A program made the position numbers and the translations under genes. Shown in pieces: positions 52,615-64,000 of a DNA stretch of 64,000 bases. Origin of the DNA: Octopus bimaculoides (taxonomy: Eukaryota); the NCBI RefSeq assembly GCF_001194135.2, contig NC_068992.1, forward strand, positions 8,182,328 to 8,246,327, in the 5' to 3' direction. The notes under the pieces were generated by a model, which saw only the letters and a list, made by a program, of their open reading frames with translations, was not told where the DNA came from and ran no database searches. Position 1 is the stretch's first letter. Each line of letters begins with the position of its first letter.

Positions 52615-52827
52615 AAGGCTGCGATCTGACAGAGTCGATAGCGCACCGGGAAAAATGCTTAGCGGCATTTCAACCGCTTTTACGTTTTGAGTTCAAATTG
52701 CGCCGTGATCGACTTTACTCTTCATCCTCTCAGGTCGATAAAATAGGTACCAGTTGAACATTGGAGTCGATGTAATCGACTTAACCCCTCCCCTGAAATT
52801 GCTGTCCTTGTGCCAAAATTTGAAACC
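52615..52827 (+). mobile_element. SINE family C (short tail type)
   Basis: GAGTTCAAATT, GGTCGATAAAATAGGTACC, tail CCTTGTGCCAAAATTTGAAACC. Confidence 0.85.
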
Positions 52828-53416
52828 TATGGTAGCATAGTGTTGTTACCAACAGTAATACAAATGTAGTAGTTAGGTAATTTAACCATTATGTTATATC
52901 TGATTTATCAGAACTATGATTTGAAGTAGTGATTGCCATAGGAGTATGTCTGTGACGATTAAAAAACAGGCATTCACATTTCTATGTCAAAGAAACTTGA
53001 GATTCTTTTAAACTTGTAGAGTTGTCTAACGGCATGGTCAAAATGAAGAATTACACGGAAGCAACTTAATGTATGGTAATTGTTATTGAAAATATGTTCG
53101 GATATGACAAGAATTGTAGCATAATTGCTGAGACGGACAAAAATATATTCACTAATATTCTTTTTGTTTGCTGGGCTGGCAAGTTCTATTTTGAGAGCCA
53201 CTGATATAAGATATTCTAATGGTAACCCACCCGGATTTTTGTATATCAAAAACTACATTGTTTACATGTTTTTTTTAAAGTCGATAGTACGTGGTTTGAG
53301 GGTGGCTTACCTACTGTTATACTTGGTCAAACGACCACATTTAAGATTTGTCGTTGACTTAGTTTGTTATAAGATTGTTACAGGCTCGTTTTACAGGTTC
53401 GACTGTTGTTGTTTAA

Positions 53417-53516
53417 GTTGACCTCGGTGGAATTTGAACTCAGAACGTAAAGACAGACGCAATACCACTGAGCATTTCGACCGGCGTGCTAACGTCTCTG
53501 GCAGCTCGCCGCCTTA
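53417..53516 (-). mobile_element. SINE family C 5' half
   Basis: GACCTCGGTGGAATTTGAACTCAGAACG...GCAGCTCGCCGCCTT. Confidence 0.88.
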
Positions 53517-55044
53517 GGGGGCATAAATATTACCTCTCGAATACACTGTCCAATGTGCCTTCTTTTATAACGATAGGGCATATATTTTGAGGAAGATTTG
53601 AATGCTATTTCTGATAGGTTGAATGCTCTCAAAGAGGCTTCCCTTGTCTTTGTAGCATGTCTATTTTGCTGAGTTGATTGTTGTTCGTATTTTATGTTCT
53701 CCGATGTTGCTGGAAATAAAAGACAATGAATTTGGTTGGTGCTACATTAATTCTGTTTTAGAGACAGGTTCCGAGGTAAGAGATGTGGGGTTGGAGTAGC
53801 TGTGTAGCTAACTGCGTTTGGAGAATGAACGAAGGATGTGAGTGTGGTGTGTCGACTACAGCTGGGGCTGAGATATGCTTTTTCGAGGTGTGGGAAGGTC
53901 GTGCAGGTACAGATTAAAAAGTGAGTGAAAGAAACGATTTTTGTTGTACTTCAGGGAAAAATGCAAATTTTAGATAGATTGTCGTTGTTGTATATACCAT
54001 GTAGTAGTCTGCAACACTGCTTATTAGTTAAATGTGCATTACAACAAAGTGGTCACAGGTTCGATTTCTACAGCCTGGCTTCTTGGATAGGTGTCATTTA
54101 TCATAGTCTCGGGGCGACTTCAAATTTTGTGGGTGAAACAGCACAGACCAGGAACTGCTTGAGAACTAGACGGATATATTGTTCGCGTACCTCAAAGATC
54201 CATCTCCATCACATATTGTCTCATTAGGTGTGCCTGTAGTAGATTATGTTATGGCTAAGCGCGCTTTTGAGATACTTAGCAACGACTTACATAATAATTC
54301 AATGAGCTAGTGCTTCTGTTGCTCGAACAACTGAATACTCATCGTCGAAACCAACGGAGGTCCATTTACAATACAACACAATTTTGTTGATTTGACAGAT
54401 AGGTTACAAACGACAGAGTTGTGAATTAGTTCTTAAAGGGGTATTGAGTGTTTTGTATAAAAGTAGAAAGCCTGGGATAGCTTCCATAGATTTACAGCTG
54501 TCGATAGCAGTTAGGACGTTGTAGGCATGACTGCTATTTGTGCGGTTGCTGCTGCTGCTGCTGCTTCTAGTGTTGCTGCTGGAGGTGATGCTGGTGATGA
54601 TGCTGATGGTACCTCTGTTGTTGATACGGTTGGTGTTGTTATTGCTGCTGCACACCTCCTAGAATTGGTTGCTATTGCTACCGACGAAAGCGTTAGTTGT
54701 TGACGCAGTTATCGTTACTGCTGCTGTTGATGGTGTTGGTCACTGCCGTTGTTGGCGTTGGCTGCTGCTGCTACTGCTGCTGCTGCTGCGGATCATGTTG
54801 GCTCGCTGAGGCTGTTGTGCCGTCGATGATGCTCGTTGTAGCCACTGCTGTTGCTGCTTCTGCTGGTGCAACAGTTGTTGCTGCCGTTGTTGTTGCTGTA
54901 ACTGTTATTGTTGTTGCCACTGCTGTTGTTGCCGCTGTTGCTGCTACTATTATTGTTGTTGTTGTTACTGTTGCAACTGTTTGGCCTGGCGTTGTTGTTG
55001 CTACCGTTGTACTTATTGTAGTTGCTAATACCTGCATCTAACGC

Positions 55045-55796
55045 AATGGCCGATAATACTGATTTCAGATTTTGGCACAAGGTCAGCAACTTCAGGGAAG
55101 CGGATAAGTCGACTACGTTGACTGCAGTGTTCAACTGGCACTTATTTCATCAACCTCGAAAGAATGAATGACAAAATCAACCTCGGCGGAATTTGAACTC
55201 AGAACGTAAAGACAAACGAAACATCGTTAAGTATTTTATCCGGCATTCTAACGGTTCTGCCATCTTGTCACATTTCTATGGCTGATAATGTTGCTTTCAA
55301 ATTTTGGCGCGAGACATGCAATTTCGAAAAAGTGGGTAAGTTAATTACATTGACCCCGGTACTTAACTGGTACATAAATTATTGATCCCGAAAGGATGAA
55401 AGGTAAAGTCGACCTCGGCGATATTTGAACTCAGAGCATGGAGACGGACGAAATACTGCTAAGCATTTTTTCTGGCCTACTAACGGTTTTGCTAGTTCAC
55501 CGTCTCACTATAACCGATAATATTGCAGCCTTTTTGTTTTTGATGAGCTTGTACCCATTATGACAGCTACTGCTGCTGCTGCTGCTGCTGCTGCTACCGT
55601 GAATATAGTTGAATGTATTGCTATCAGTGCAGTACCACATGATTTGTTGTTGGAAACACAGCCGCCATTTTTCTTGTTTATCCCCCGGTCAGCTTTCATC
55701 AAACAATCTTATGGTCAGGCGTGCTAATGATTCTGCCAGCTCACCACCTTAATAATAATAATAATAATAACAATAATAATAATAATAATAATAATA

Positions 55797-55834
<38 letters not shown>

Positions 55835-56127
55835 CCTTTCTACCATAGGAACAATACCTGACATTTCAGTGGGTGGGGGAAAAGACGATTACATCGACCC
55901 CAGTGCATAACTGGTGCTTAATTTATCGACCCCGAAAGTATGAAAGGCAAAGTCGACCTCGGTAGAATTTCGAACTCAGAACATAAAGACGACGGAAATG
56001 CCGCTAAGCATTTCGCCCGTTGTGCTAACGATTCTAACTTTTTTTTTTACTGCCCGTAAGGGGCTACACACAGAGGGGACAAACAAGGACAGACAAACGG
56101 GTTAAGTCGATTATATCGACCCCAGTG
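55045..56127 (-). mobile_element. Cluster of 4-5 SINE family C copies or fragments, all on the minus strand
   Basis: Copies at about 55045-55265, 55290-55505, 55710-55750 and 55835-56036, plus a long-type tail at 56050-56127. Confidence 0.85.
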
Positions 56128-57241
56128 NNNNNNNNNNNNNNNNNNNNNNNNNNNNNNNNNNNNNNNNNNNNNNNNNNNNNNNNNNNNNNNNNNNNNNNNN
56201 NNNNNNNNNNNNNNNNNNNNNNNNNNNNNNNNNNNNNNNNNNNNNNNNNNNNNNNNNNNNNNNNNNNNNNNNNNNNNNNNNNNNNNNNNNNNNNNNNNNN
56301 NNNNNNNNNNNNNNNNNNNNNNNNNNNNNNNNNNNNNNNNNNNNNNNNNNNNNNNNNNNNNNNNNNNNNNNNNNNNNNNNNNNNNNNNNNNNNNNNNNNN
56401 NNNNNNNNNNNNNNNNNNNNNNNNNNNNNNNNNNNNNNNNNNNNNNNNNNNNNNNNNNNNNNNNNNNNNNNNNNNNNNNNNNNNNNNNNNNNNNNNNNNN
56501 NNNNNNNNNNNNNNNNNNNNNNNNNNNNNNNNNNNNNNNNNNNNNNNNNNNNNNNNNNNNNNNNNNNNNNNNNNNNNNNNNNNNNNNNNNNNNNNNNNNN
56601 NNNNNNNNNNNNNNNNNNNNNNNNNNNNNNNNNNNNNNNNNNNNNNNNNNNNNNNNNNNNNNNNNNNNNNNNNNNNNNNNNNNNNNNATACTAAATAATA
56701 ATAATAATGATGATGATGATGATGATGATGATAATAATAATGTTCTTGTCGCTTGTGTTGTTAGTGCTGTCGTTGATTTAGGTAAATTTCTGCATTAAAT
56801 TTCAACCACTACTGCAGTACCTGCTAACCAATGCACCGTATAATAGTTGCTGTACTGGATCTTGGTGTTGCTGCAGTTTATGTTGCAGTAGTTGCAGCTA
56901 CTGTTACAGATTTTTTGCTCTCGACACCTTTTGATGTTGTCTTTTGTTGCTGTTGCTGTTGTCGTTGTGGTCGTTGTTGCAGCGGTGTAGCTTCTGTTGT
57001 TTCTGTGACTGCAGCAGTTTGTTGTTGTTGTTGTTGGTGCTGCTGCAGACTTCGTTATCAGTCTCGGCGTTCTGTTGCTGTCGTTGTTGTTGTTGGTGGT
57101 GGTGGTGCAGTTGTTAATACTGCTACTTAGGCCACTGCTGCTGCTGCTGCTGCTGCTGCAACTGCCGCTGCCGTTATTTTTGCCGCAGCTGCTACCGGTG
57201 TTGTTATTACTACTGTTGTGTTACACTTGTTATTGTTGTAT

Positions 57242-57273
<32 letters not shown>

Positions 57274-58271
57274 GGTCATGGTAGTGTTGGTGGTGCTTAT
57301 GGTGGTGATGGTAGTGGTGGTGGTGCTTATGGTGGTGATGGTGGTGGTGGTGGTGCTTATGGTGGTGGTGGTGGTGTTGGTGGTGGTGGTGATGGTGGTG
57401 ATGGTAGTGGTGGTGGTGCTTATGGTGGTGATGGTGGTGGTGGTGGTGNNNNNNNNNNNNNNNNNNNNNNNNNNNNNNNNNNNNNNNNNNNNNNNNNNNN
57501 NNNNNNNNNNNNNNNNNNNNNNNNNNNNNNNNNNNNNNNNNNNNNNNNNNNNNNNNNNNNNNNNNNNNNNNNNNNNNNNNNNNNNNNNNNNNNNNNNNNN
57601 NNNNNNNNNNNNNNNNNNNNNNNNNNNNNNNNNNNNNNNNNNNNNNNNNNNNNNNNNNNNNNNNNNNNNNNNNNNNNNNNNNNNNNNNNNNNNNNNNNNN
57701 NNNNNNNNNNNNNNNNNNNNNNNNNNNNNNNNNNNNNNNNNNNNNNNNNNNNNNNNNNNNNNNNNNNNNNNNNNNNNNNNNNNNNNNNNNNNNNNNNNNN
57801 NNNNNNNNNNNNNNNNNNNNNNNNNNNNNNNNNNNNNNNNNNNNNNNNNNNNNNNNNNNNNNNNNNNNNNNNNNNNNNNNNNNNNNNNNNNNNNNNNNNN
57901 NNNNNNNNNNNNNNNNNNNNNNNNNNNNNNNNNNNNNNNNNNNNNNNNNNNNNNNNNNNNNNNNNNNNNNNNNNNNNNNNNNNNNNNNNNNNNNNNNNNN
58001 NNNNNNNNNNNNNNNNNNNNNNNNNNNNNNNNNNNNNNNNNNNNNNNNNNNNNNNNNNNNNNNNNNNNNNNNNNNNNNNNNNNNNNNNNNNNNNNNNNNN
58101 NNNNNNNNNNNNNNNNNNNNNNNNNNNNNNNNNNNNNNNNNNNNNNNNNNNNNNNNNNNNNNNNNNNNNNNNNNNNNNNNNNNNNNNNNNNNNNNNNNNN
58201 NNNNNNNNNNNNNNNNNNNNNNNNNNNNNNNNNNNNNNNNNNNNNNNNNNNNNNNNNNNNNNNNNNNNNNN

Positions 58272-58535
58272 GTAGTTCTCGGGGATATTCAGCGTGACAC
58301 AGAGTGTGACAAGGCTGACCCTTTGAATTACAGGTACAACAGAGAGAGAAAGTAAGAGTGAGAGAAAGTTGTGGTGAAAGAGTACAGCAGGGTTCGTCAC
58401 CATCCCCTGCCAGAGCCTCGTGGAGCTTTAGGTGTTTTCGCTCAATAAACACTCACAACGCCCAGTCTGGGAATCGAAACCGCGATGCTATGACGTCGAG
58501 TCCGCTGCCCTAATCACTGGGCCATTGCGCCTCCA
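58272..58535 (-). mobile_element. SINE family B, 3' end lost in a gap
   Basis: Matches 52230-52500. Confidence 0.92.
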
Positions 58536-59299
58536 CATTGCTGCTATTACAACGTTTATATCCTCCACTTGTTGCTATCGTAATTGTTAAAGTTGCTGCT
58601 GGTGTTGCTGCATTGTTTATGCTGTTTCCGCACCTACTGCAGCAACAGTTGTCATTACTTCTGCTGCCTTCATACTGTCGAAGCTTTTCTGCGATTTTCG
58701 CTGCTATTACTGCTGCTGTTTTTGGTATTGCGGTTCCTCTACCGATACAGCAGCTGTTGTAGTTATTATACCTGCAATTTTTACTCCTGTTGCACCTGTT
58801 GCTCTGAGTGCAAGTCTTGTTTTGCCGCTCTTACCTCTTCTACTATTGATACTGCAATTGTCATTGTTATACTAGTTGTTGTTGCGGTTACTATAGTTGT
58901 TATTGTAACTGCAGTCGCTCTCCTTGTTAAGGTCTATAGTATTGTTCTTATAATTGTTGTAACCGTACTTCTTGTTGTAATTGTTGTTGTTGCTGCTGCA
59001 GTTATGTCTTCTGATGTTGCCGAAGTTGTAGTTCAGGCTTCTATAGTTGCTGTAGTTTTGTAGCTGCTGTTCTACTACTGCTGTAGTTGCTGCAGTTCTA
59101 CTTTCTAAGGCTGCTGATGTTGCTACTGCAGTTCTTGGGCTGCAGTTTTTGCTGCAATTTCTGCTGCTGTATATTTTTTTTACTGCAGCGTCATTATTGG
59201 CGTTAATGCTATTACAGCTATCATCGGCTGTCTATTGTTTGGTCACAAGTGAGCCTTAAAAAAGCACACAGGTGCGCCATCCGTGACTTTCCCTGCATA

Positions 59300-59516
59300 T
59301 ATGAGGGGCTGCTGAAAAGTTCCTAGCTTTAAGGGTGTCGCGAAATGCCTGGTTGGAGACCCAGCGAGTTCTTTTACAGGGTGTAGAAGAGCTGAAGGGC
59401 GGCTGCAGTAAGTGTGTGGATCTGAGAGAGGAATATGTTGAATGAAATCATAATTAACTGATCCTCTTGTATTTTCTTTTACCCAAAGCCAGGAACTTTC
59501 AACACCCCCTTGAATA
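59300..59516 (+). mobile_element. Mariner-derived MITE with both ~30-bp TIRs
   Basis: Left TATGAGGGGCTGCTGAAAAGTTCCTAGCTTT; right AAAGCCAGGAACTTTCAACACCCCCTTG. The interior resembles the mariner C-terminal coding end (ELKGGCSKCVDLREEYVE*). Confidence 0.85.
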
Positions 59517-60118
59517 TACATATATATATATACATATATACATGTATATATATATACATATACATAGATATATACATGTATACACACATACACAGACATA
59601 TATACATGTACATACATATATACATGTATACATACATATATACATGTATGTTTGTGAGAGAGAGAGAGAGCATGTGTGTGTACGTCTTTGTGTATGTGTG
59701 CACATGTGTGTGTGTATGTCTGTGTGTCAGTAAATTGCATTGCCCTTATGTGTCCCTCGTTTTCCAAAAAACAGCTGAACCTAATTTGAAGGTGACACTG
59801 TGGCTATTTCTAGCAGATTGTCTGACCGCATAGAGTCGTTCCAGTTGACATTTCTCATGAATTGTTTTTGGTAAAACTGAGCTTGTACTGTTTGTTGTGG
59901 TTGGTGATTGTTGCCTTCTTAGCGGTGGCGTTACTACTGTTGTTGTTGTTGTTGTTGTTGTTGTTCTGATCACTGTTGCAAATTGTTAATATTGTTATTG
60001 TTGCTAACTGTTCCTTCTTTTTGTTGTTGCTACTGTTTTCATTCTTCTTGTAACTGTTGTTGCTTCCACTGTTGTTCTTAATGCTCTTTCCGTTGTTGCG
60101 AGTGTTCTTGCTGCTTCC

Positions 60119-60158
<40 letters not shown>

Positions 60159-60804
60159 TTGTTGTTGCTATTGCTATTGTCTTATTTTTGGCTTCTGATA
60201 TTGCTACTGCAGTTGTTGCTATTGTTGTTGTCGCTACCGTCGTTGCTTTTGTTCTCGCCACAATTGCTCTTCCTGCTGCTCTGTTGCTAATGGTGATGCT
60301 CTGTTGCTAATGGTGCTGCTCTGTTGCTAATGACACTGCTCTAATTATTATCGCGTTGTTGCTTCTGTTGTTGTTATTGCTACTGCTGTAGCTGTTCTTG
60401 ATATTGTTGCTTCCGTTGCTACGGTGCTGTTTTTGTTGCTATTGCTGCTGTAGTCCCTGTTACTGTAGATTTAGCGGATGTTGTTGTTGTTGTTGTTATT
60501 GTTGCTCACTTTCTGTTTGTGTTGTTGTTGTTATTGTTGCTCACTTTCTGTTTGTGTTGTTGTTGTCATTGCAGATTTGGGCATTGTCATTGTTGCTTAA
60601 GTCCACCTTGTTATTGTTGTTGCTATTGAGGTTGTAGTTGTTGTTGTTGTTATTCTTGTTGTTGTGGCTGCTGCTGCTGTTCTTGTTACAGGTAGGGCTG
60701 GTGGGTTACAGTCAGGAGTTGTTACAGTAGTTCTTTGGCGGTGGTGGTGGTGTAGATGAAAAGAAAGTCACGAGATGTAAAATGATGATGATGATGATGA
60801 TTAT

Positions 60805-61130
60805 GATGCAGTGCAGTGCAATGCACTGTAACGCATGTCAGTATTCCGCAGGGTAGTAAAGTGTAGTGTATGGCAGTGTTGGATAGCGAGGTGAAGTGTT
60901 ATGCATTGTTGTATGTTAATACCGTGCAGTATAATGCATGCACTGTACCAAAGTGCAGTCACATGTCACGTGGTATTGTTTGGTGCAACACAGTGTAGGC
61001 AGTGTTGTATAATGCACTGCAGTGTATTGTGGTACTGTTTAATATAGAACCGTGTGATGTAGTGCAGCGTAGAGTATCGTAATGTAATGTAGCAGAGGCT
61101 AGAATAATCTCATATATTGTAGTATAGTGC
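60805..61130. repeat. Degenerate pentameric (GTGCA/GTGTA)-like satellite; reappears at about 62880-63050
   Basis: GTGCAGTGCAATGCACTG..GTGTAGTGTA..GTAGTGCAGCGTAG periodicity. Confidence 0.55.
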
Positions 61131-61134
61131 TGTG

Positions 61135-61770
61135 AGGGCGCATAACCTAGTGGTTGGTGTGTCGCATGCACGATCGCGAGGTCGTGGTTTCAATTCCGAG
61201 ACCAAGTGGTGCGTTGTGCTCTTGAGTAAAACACTTCATCTCACGTTGCTCTGCGATCACGTTGACACCGGATGCTCCACCTGTTCAAACAACGTCGGTT
61301 TGATGGGGGGAGCGAGCAAATGACATTTGATCACTATAAACAAATCATTTGTAGACGGAAACTGAAAGAAGCCCGTCGTGTGTATGTGTGCGTGTGTGTC
61401 TGTATGTGTGTGTCTGTGTGTGTGTGTGTGTATGTGAGTGTAAGTGTGTGTGTCTGTTTTTGTGTTTGTGCTCAAGACATTTGATCACTATAAGCAAATC
61501 CTTTGTGCGGGTCGTTCGGCCAAAAATCTGAACCCTCACCCGTCGTCTTCGACGGAATTGTCCGTCGTCATTATTATTATTGCCGCATGGCCTAGTGGTT
61601 ACGGTATTGCACGCACGATCACGAGATTGTAGCTTCAATTCCTAGACCGGGATGGTGCGTTGTGTTCTTGAACAAAACCACTTCATCTCACGTTGATCTG
61701 CCATCACTACGACACCTGACGCCTGGTACACCTTGCACCTGTTCAGGTAAAGCCGATTTGATGGTCTAGA
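61135..61770 (+). mobile_element. Two SINE family D copies (61135-61325 and 61583-61765) separated by a SINE A fragment and (TG)n
   Basis: GCGCATAACCTAGTGGTT / GCATGGCCTAGTGGTT heads; GTGCGTTGTG(C/T)TCTTGA..AAAACACTTCATCTCACGTTG core in both. Confidence 0.8.
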
Positions 61771-61771
61771 G

Positions 61772-62886
61772 CAGTGTTTCTCAACCATATTTTTTCGTCT
61801 GGACCCCCTTGATTCCTATTTTAGTTGGACAGACCTTCATTATTATTCAATGTTTAAACAATTCTATTATATTTTTATAATTAAATATTATCAGGAATTG
61901 TATAAAATTAATTATTGAAATATTTTGTGTATTGTAGAAGTATAACCAATTAATTGTCGATAAATTTTAACATGGAAATCATGTACAAGGTGGAATCAAA
62001 AAGTTCCAGGATTAGTTATGTTTAATAAAAATAAAAATAACTTATCGACGTAAGTTTTAGTATCATCTCTTTCGAAATAGTCACCTTGCGCAGCAATACA
62101 CAGGTCCCAGCTTTCCTGCTACTTTTGGAATCCGGCTTGGAAGTCGTTTTCCGGAAGCGAGTCGAAGACCTTCTGCGATTCTGGTTCTCGACAACGGTGT
62201 TAAAATGGCGGCCTGTGAACTGCTTTTTCATTTTGAGGAAGAGATGTAAGTCCGCAGGTGCTAAATCTGGCGAATAGGGCGGGTGCGGAGCGATACCATA
62301 TGGTTTGGGGCGAGAAACCACGGGTGAGGAGAGCACGGTGATAGGGTGCATTGCCGTCGTGAAGAATCCAATTCTTTGTGCTCTACAGATTCGGTCACTT
62401 TCGCCGAATGTCCCCCCTCAGATGCTTCAAAACATCGCAGTAGAACTCTCGATTGATGGTCTTGCTCTGGAGACAAATTCTCGACGCACAATACCACATT
62501 TTCCAGATCGCTCATCGTCCTCCAGGGACGTTCTTCTACTTTTGAAGCGCTCGTGTAACTCGAAACATTGCGTACGGCTCATCGCCGTAAGCTTGCCGAA
62601 GCATATTCAATGTCTTTGTGACAGACTTCCCTGTTTAACGCAAAATTTCACGTCGGCTCTTTGTTTCTGTCCATGACAAAATCGCAGACTACAGCATGCA
62701 CGTGATCACAAAAATACAAATTTCACCGGGCACACTGCCTCATGAAGGTCACTGCTAGCTCTCACTGCGCACGCAATTGTGTGCTGTCATCTGTTGGCAC
62801 GCTACAACACTAGTTCGAGAACTTTTTGATACCACCTCGTATAGACCTCCAAGGGCCATATGGACCCCGGTTAGTATACTACACTG
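61772..62886. mobile_element. hAT (Charlie-like) MITE split by a mariner insertion
   Basis: Left end CAGTGTTTCTCAAC is preceded by GTCTAGAG, which fits the NTCTAGAN Charlie target preference. The sequence resumes after the mariner (GGGCCATATGGACCCCGGTT); the right TIR is degraded. Confidence 0.6.
61986..62839 (-). mobile_element. Mariner element with both TIRs and TA duplications; transposase internally deleted and frameshifted
   Basis: TIRs (TA)CAAGGTGGAATCAAAAAGTTCCAGGATTAGT and ACTAGTTCGAGAACTTTTTGATACCACCTCG(TA). ATG at 62674, then ..QRADVKFCVK..NMLRQAYGDE..FKSRRTSLEDDERSG, and later HPPYSPDLAPADLHLFLKMKKQFTGRHF. Confidence 0.93.
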
Positions 62887-63487
62887 CAATGCCGTTTAGT
62901 ACAGTGCAAAGTAGTAATATAGTGTTGTTAAATGTGTCGCTGTTTACCGTGGTGTATTGTTGTGTTGTGTAAGTGTTATGTAGTACAGTGTACAGCAGTA
63001 TAATGCAATAAATGTACTACTGTTTATTGTAGTGTAGAAATGGTCGTAGTTTGGTTTGCTTTGGTTCAATGTAGAATGGTTTGGTTCAAATATTTCCATT
63101 GTTCGAGGAATGTAAATTTAGTTTCTCAACGCTGAAGAAGACGATAGCGTTACCGGTGAAGTTTGAAATTAATAATTTTTCGTTTACCAAACGTGCGTTG
63201 AAGGAATTCGCAAAGGGTCGTTCCATTAGAGTGACCTTAGTCCAGCCGTCTGGCACTTCATAGCCGCCTATGTAGAAGGTAATTTAAATAACATTGTCAT
63301 AGAAGTATTATTGTTTGCTGCTGCTGCTGCTGCTGTTGTTAGTCCTGATGCTTGGATTACTGCAGCACGTCTGTCACACTGAACACTTTGCTAAACGTCT
63401 TCTTATTTGGTATAATAGTGCTAAACGTCCAGGCTTCATTCTTCTAACCATCTCTGTCTGTCTGTCTATCTGTCTCTCTCTCTCTTT

Positions 63488-63552
<65 letters not shown>

Positions 63553-63758
63553 CTCACACACACGCACGCACAAACACACACACAAACACACACACAAACA
63601 CACACACGTCACTCATAGTACTTATGGTTGTTTTTGCTGTAGTAGTAGTAGTAGTAGTAGTAGTAATAGTAGTAGTAGTAGTAGTAATTTCGGTTTATTG
63701 GTTCTTGCTGATACACATACACACATATAGCGAGAGATACATAGACAGAAAGACAGAC

Positions 63759-63801
<43 letters not shown>

Positions 63802-64000
63802 TAGATAGCTAGCTAGCTAGCTAGCTAGATAGATAGATAGATAGATGCGTATACATATACATATAACTATATACGAAACGTTAAAGACTTTCTCTATTCC
63901 CGAGCGTTAAACTAATACATTCTTTTGTTGTTTACACCACCTGTCCTCGTCTGTTGTTTTTTTTCGTAAATTTTCCCATATATATATATATATATATATA

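Larger units (their letters stand above)
51925..52865. repeat. Degenerate 29-bp minisatellite interrupted by two SINEs
   Basis: Consensus about CATCAGTAATACTAACATGGTGTTGTTAC, e.g. CAACAGTGATACTAGCATGGTAATGTTAC and CATTAGTAATACTAACATAGTGTTAATAC. About 7 units lie before 52120, about 4 at 52501-52614, and a remnant at 52830-52865. Confidence 0.8.
54500..60760. repeat. Extended degenerate trinucleotide low-complexity region (GTT/GCT/GGT on +) with embedded SINEs, a MITE and gaps
   Basis: Long imperfect (GTT)n, (GCT)n and (GGT)n tracts; the source of the poly-V/C/L/T/A ORFs in the track. Confidence 0.85.

Noticed and set aside
51925-52865. Regularly spaced ~29-bp repeats suggesting a CRISPR array
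   Set aside because: The units are contiguous and degenerate with no unique spacers, there are no cas genes, and the context is eukaryotic.

Overview
This is an AT-rich, repeat-saturated animal genomic window, not prokaryotic. It most likely comes from an octopod cephalopod; this is an inference from the tRNA-derived SINE families, which match my recollection of Octopus SINEs, and from the very high microsatellite load. It is a draft assembly with 12 N-gaps totalling about 5.2 kb, most of which abut a microsatellite or SINE. I cannot confidently identify any host protein-coding gene. Almost all ORF-track entries are microsatellite, N-run or SINE artefacts, so the window looks like deep intron or intergenic DNA. 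What is well supported is a layered record of dead mobile elements: a Chapaev3/CMC-type transposase pseudogene, three mariner lineages plus mariner MITEs, a hAT MITE, a Gypsy pol fragment, a Gypsy-type LTR with a tRNA-Ser primer-binding site, a Tx1/L1 RT remnant, two to three RLE-endonuclease (R4/Dong-like) LINE remnants, and dozens of copies of four SINE families. I found no convincing new biological system. The most unusual structures are (1) a perfect 118-bp copy of nearby DNA inserted into the Chapaev transposase, (2) a SINE inserted right after the A-box of another SINE without a target-site duplication, (3) a collapsed LTR-PBS mini-element, and (4) a closely spaced inverted SINE pair that could form an ADAR substrate.
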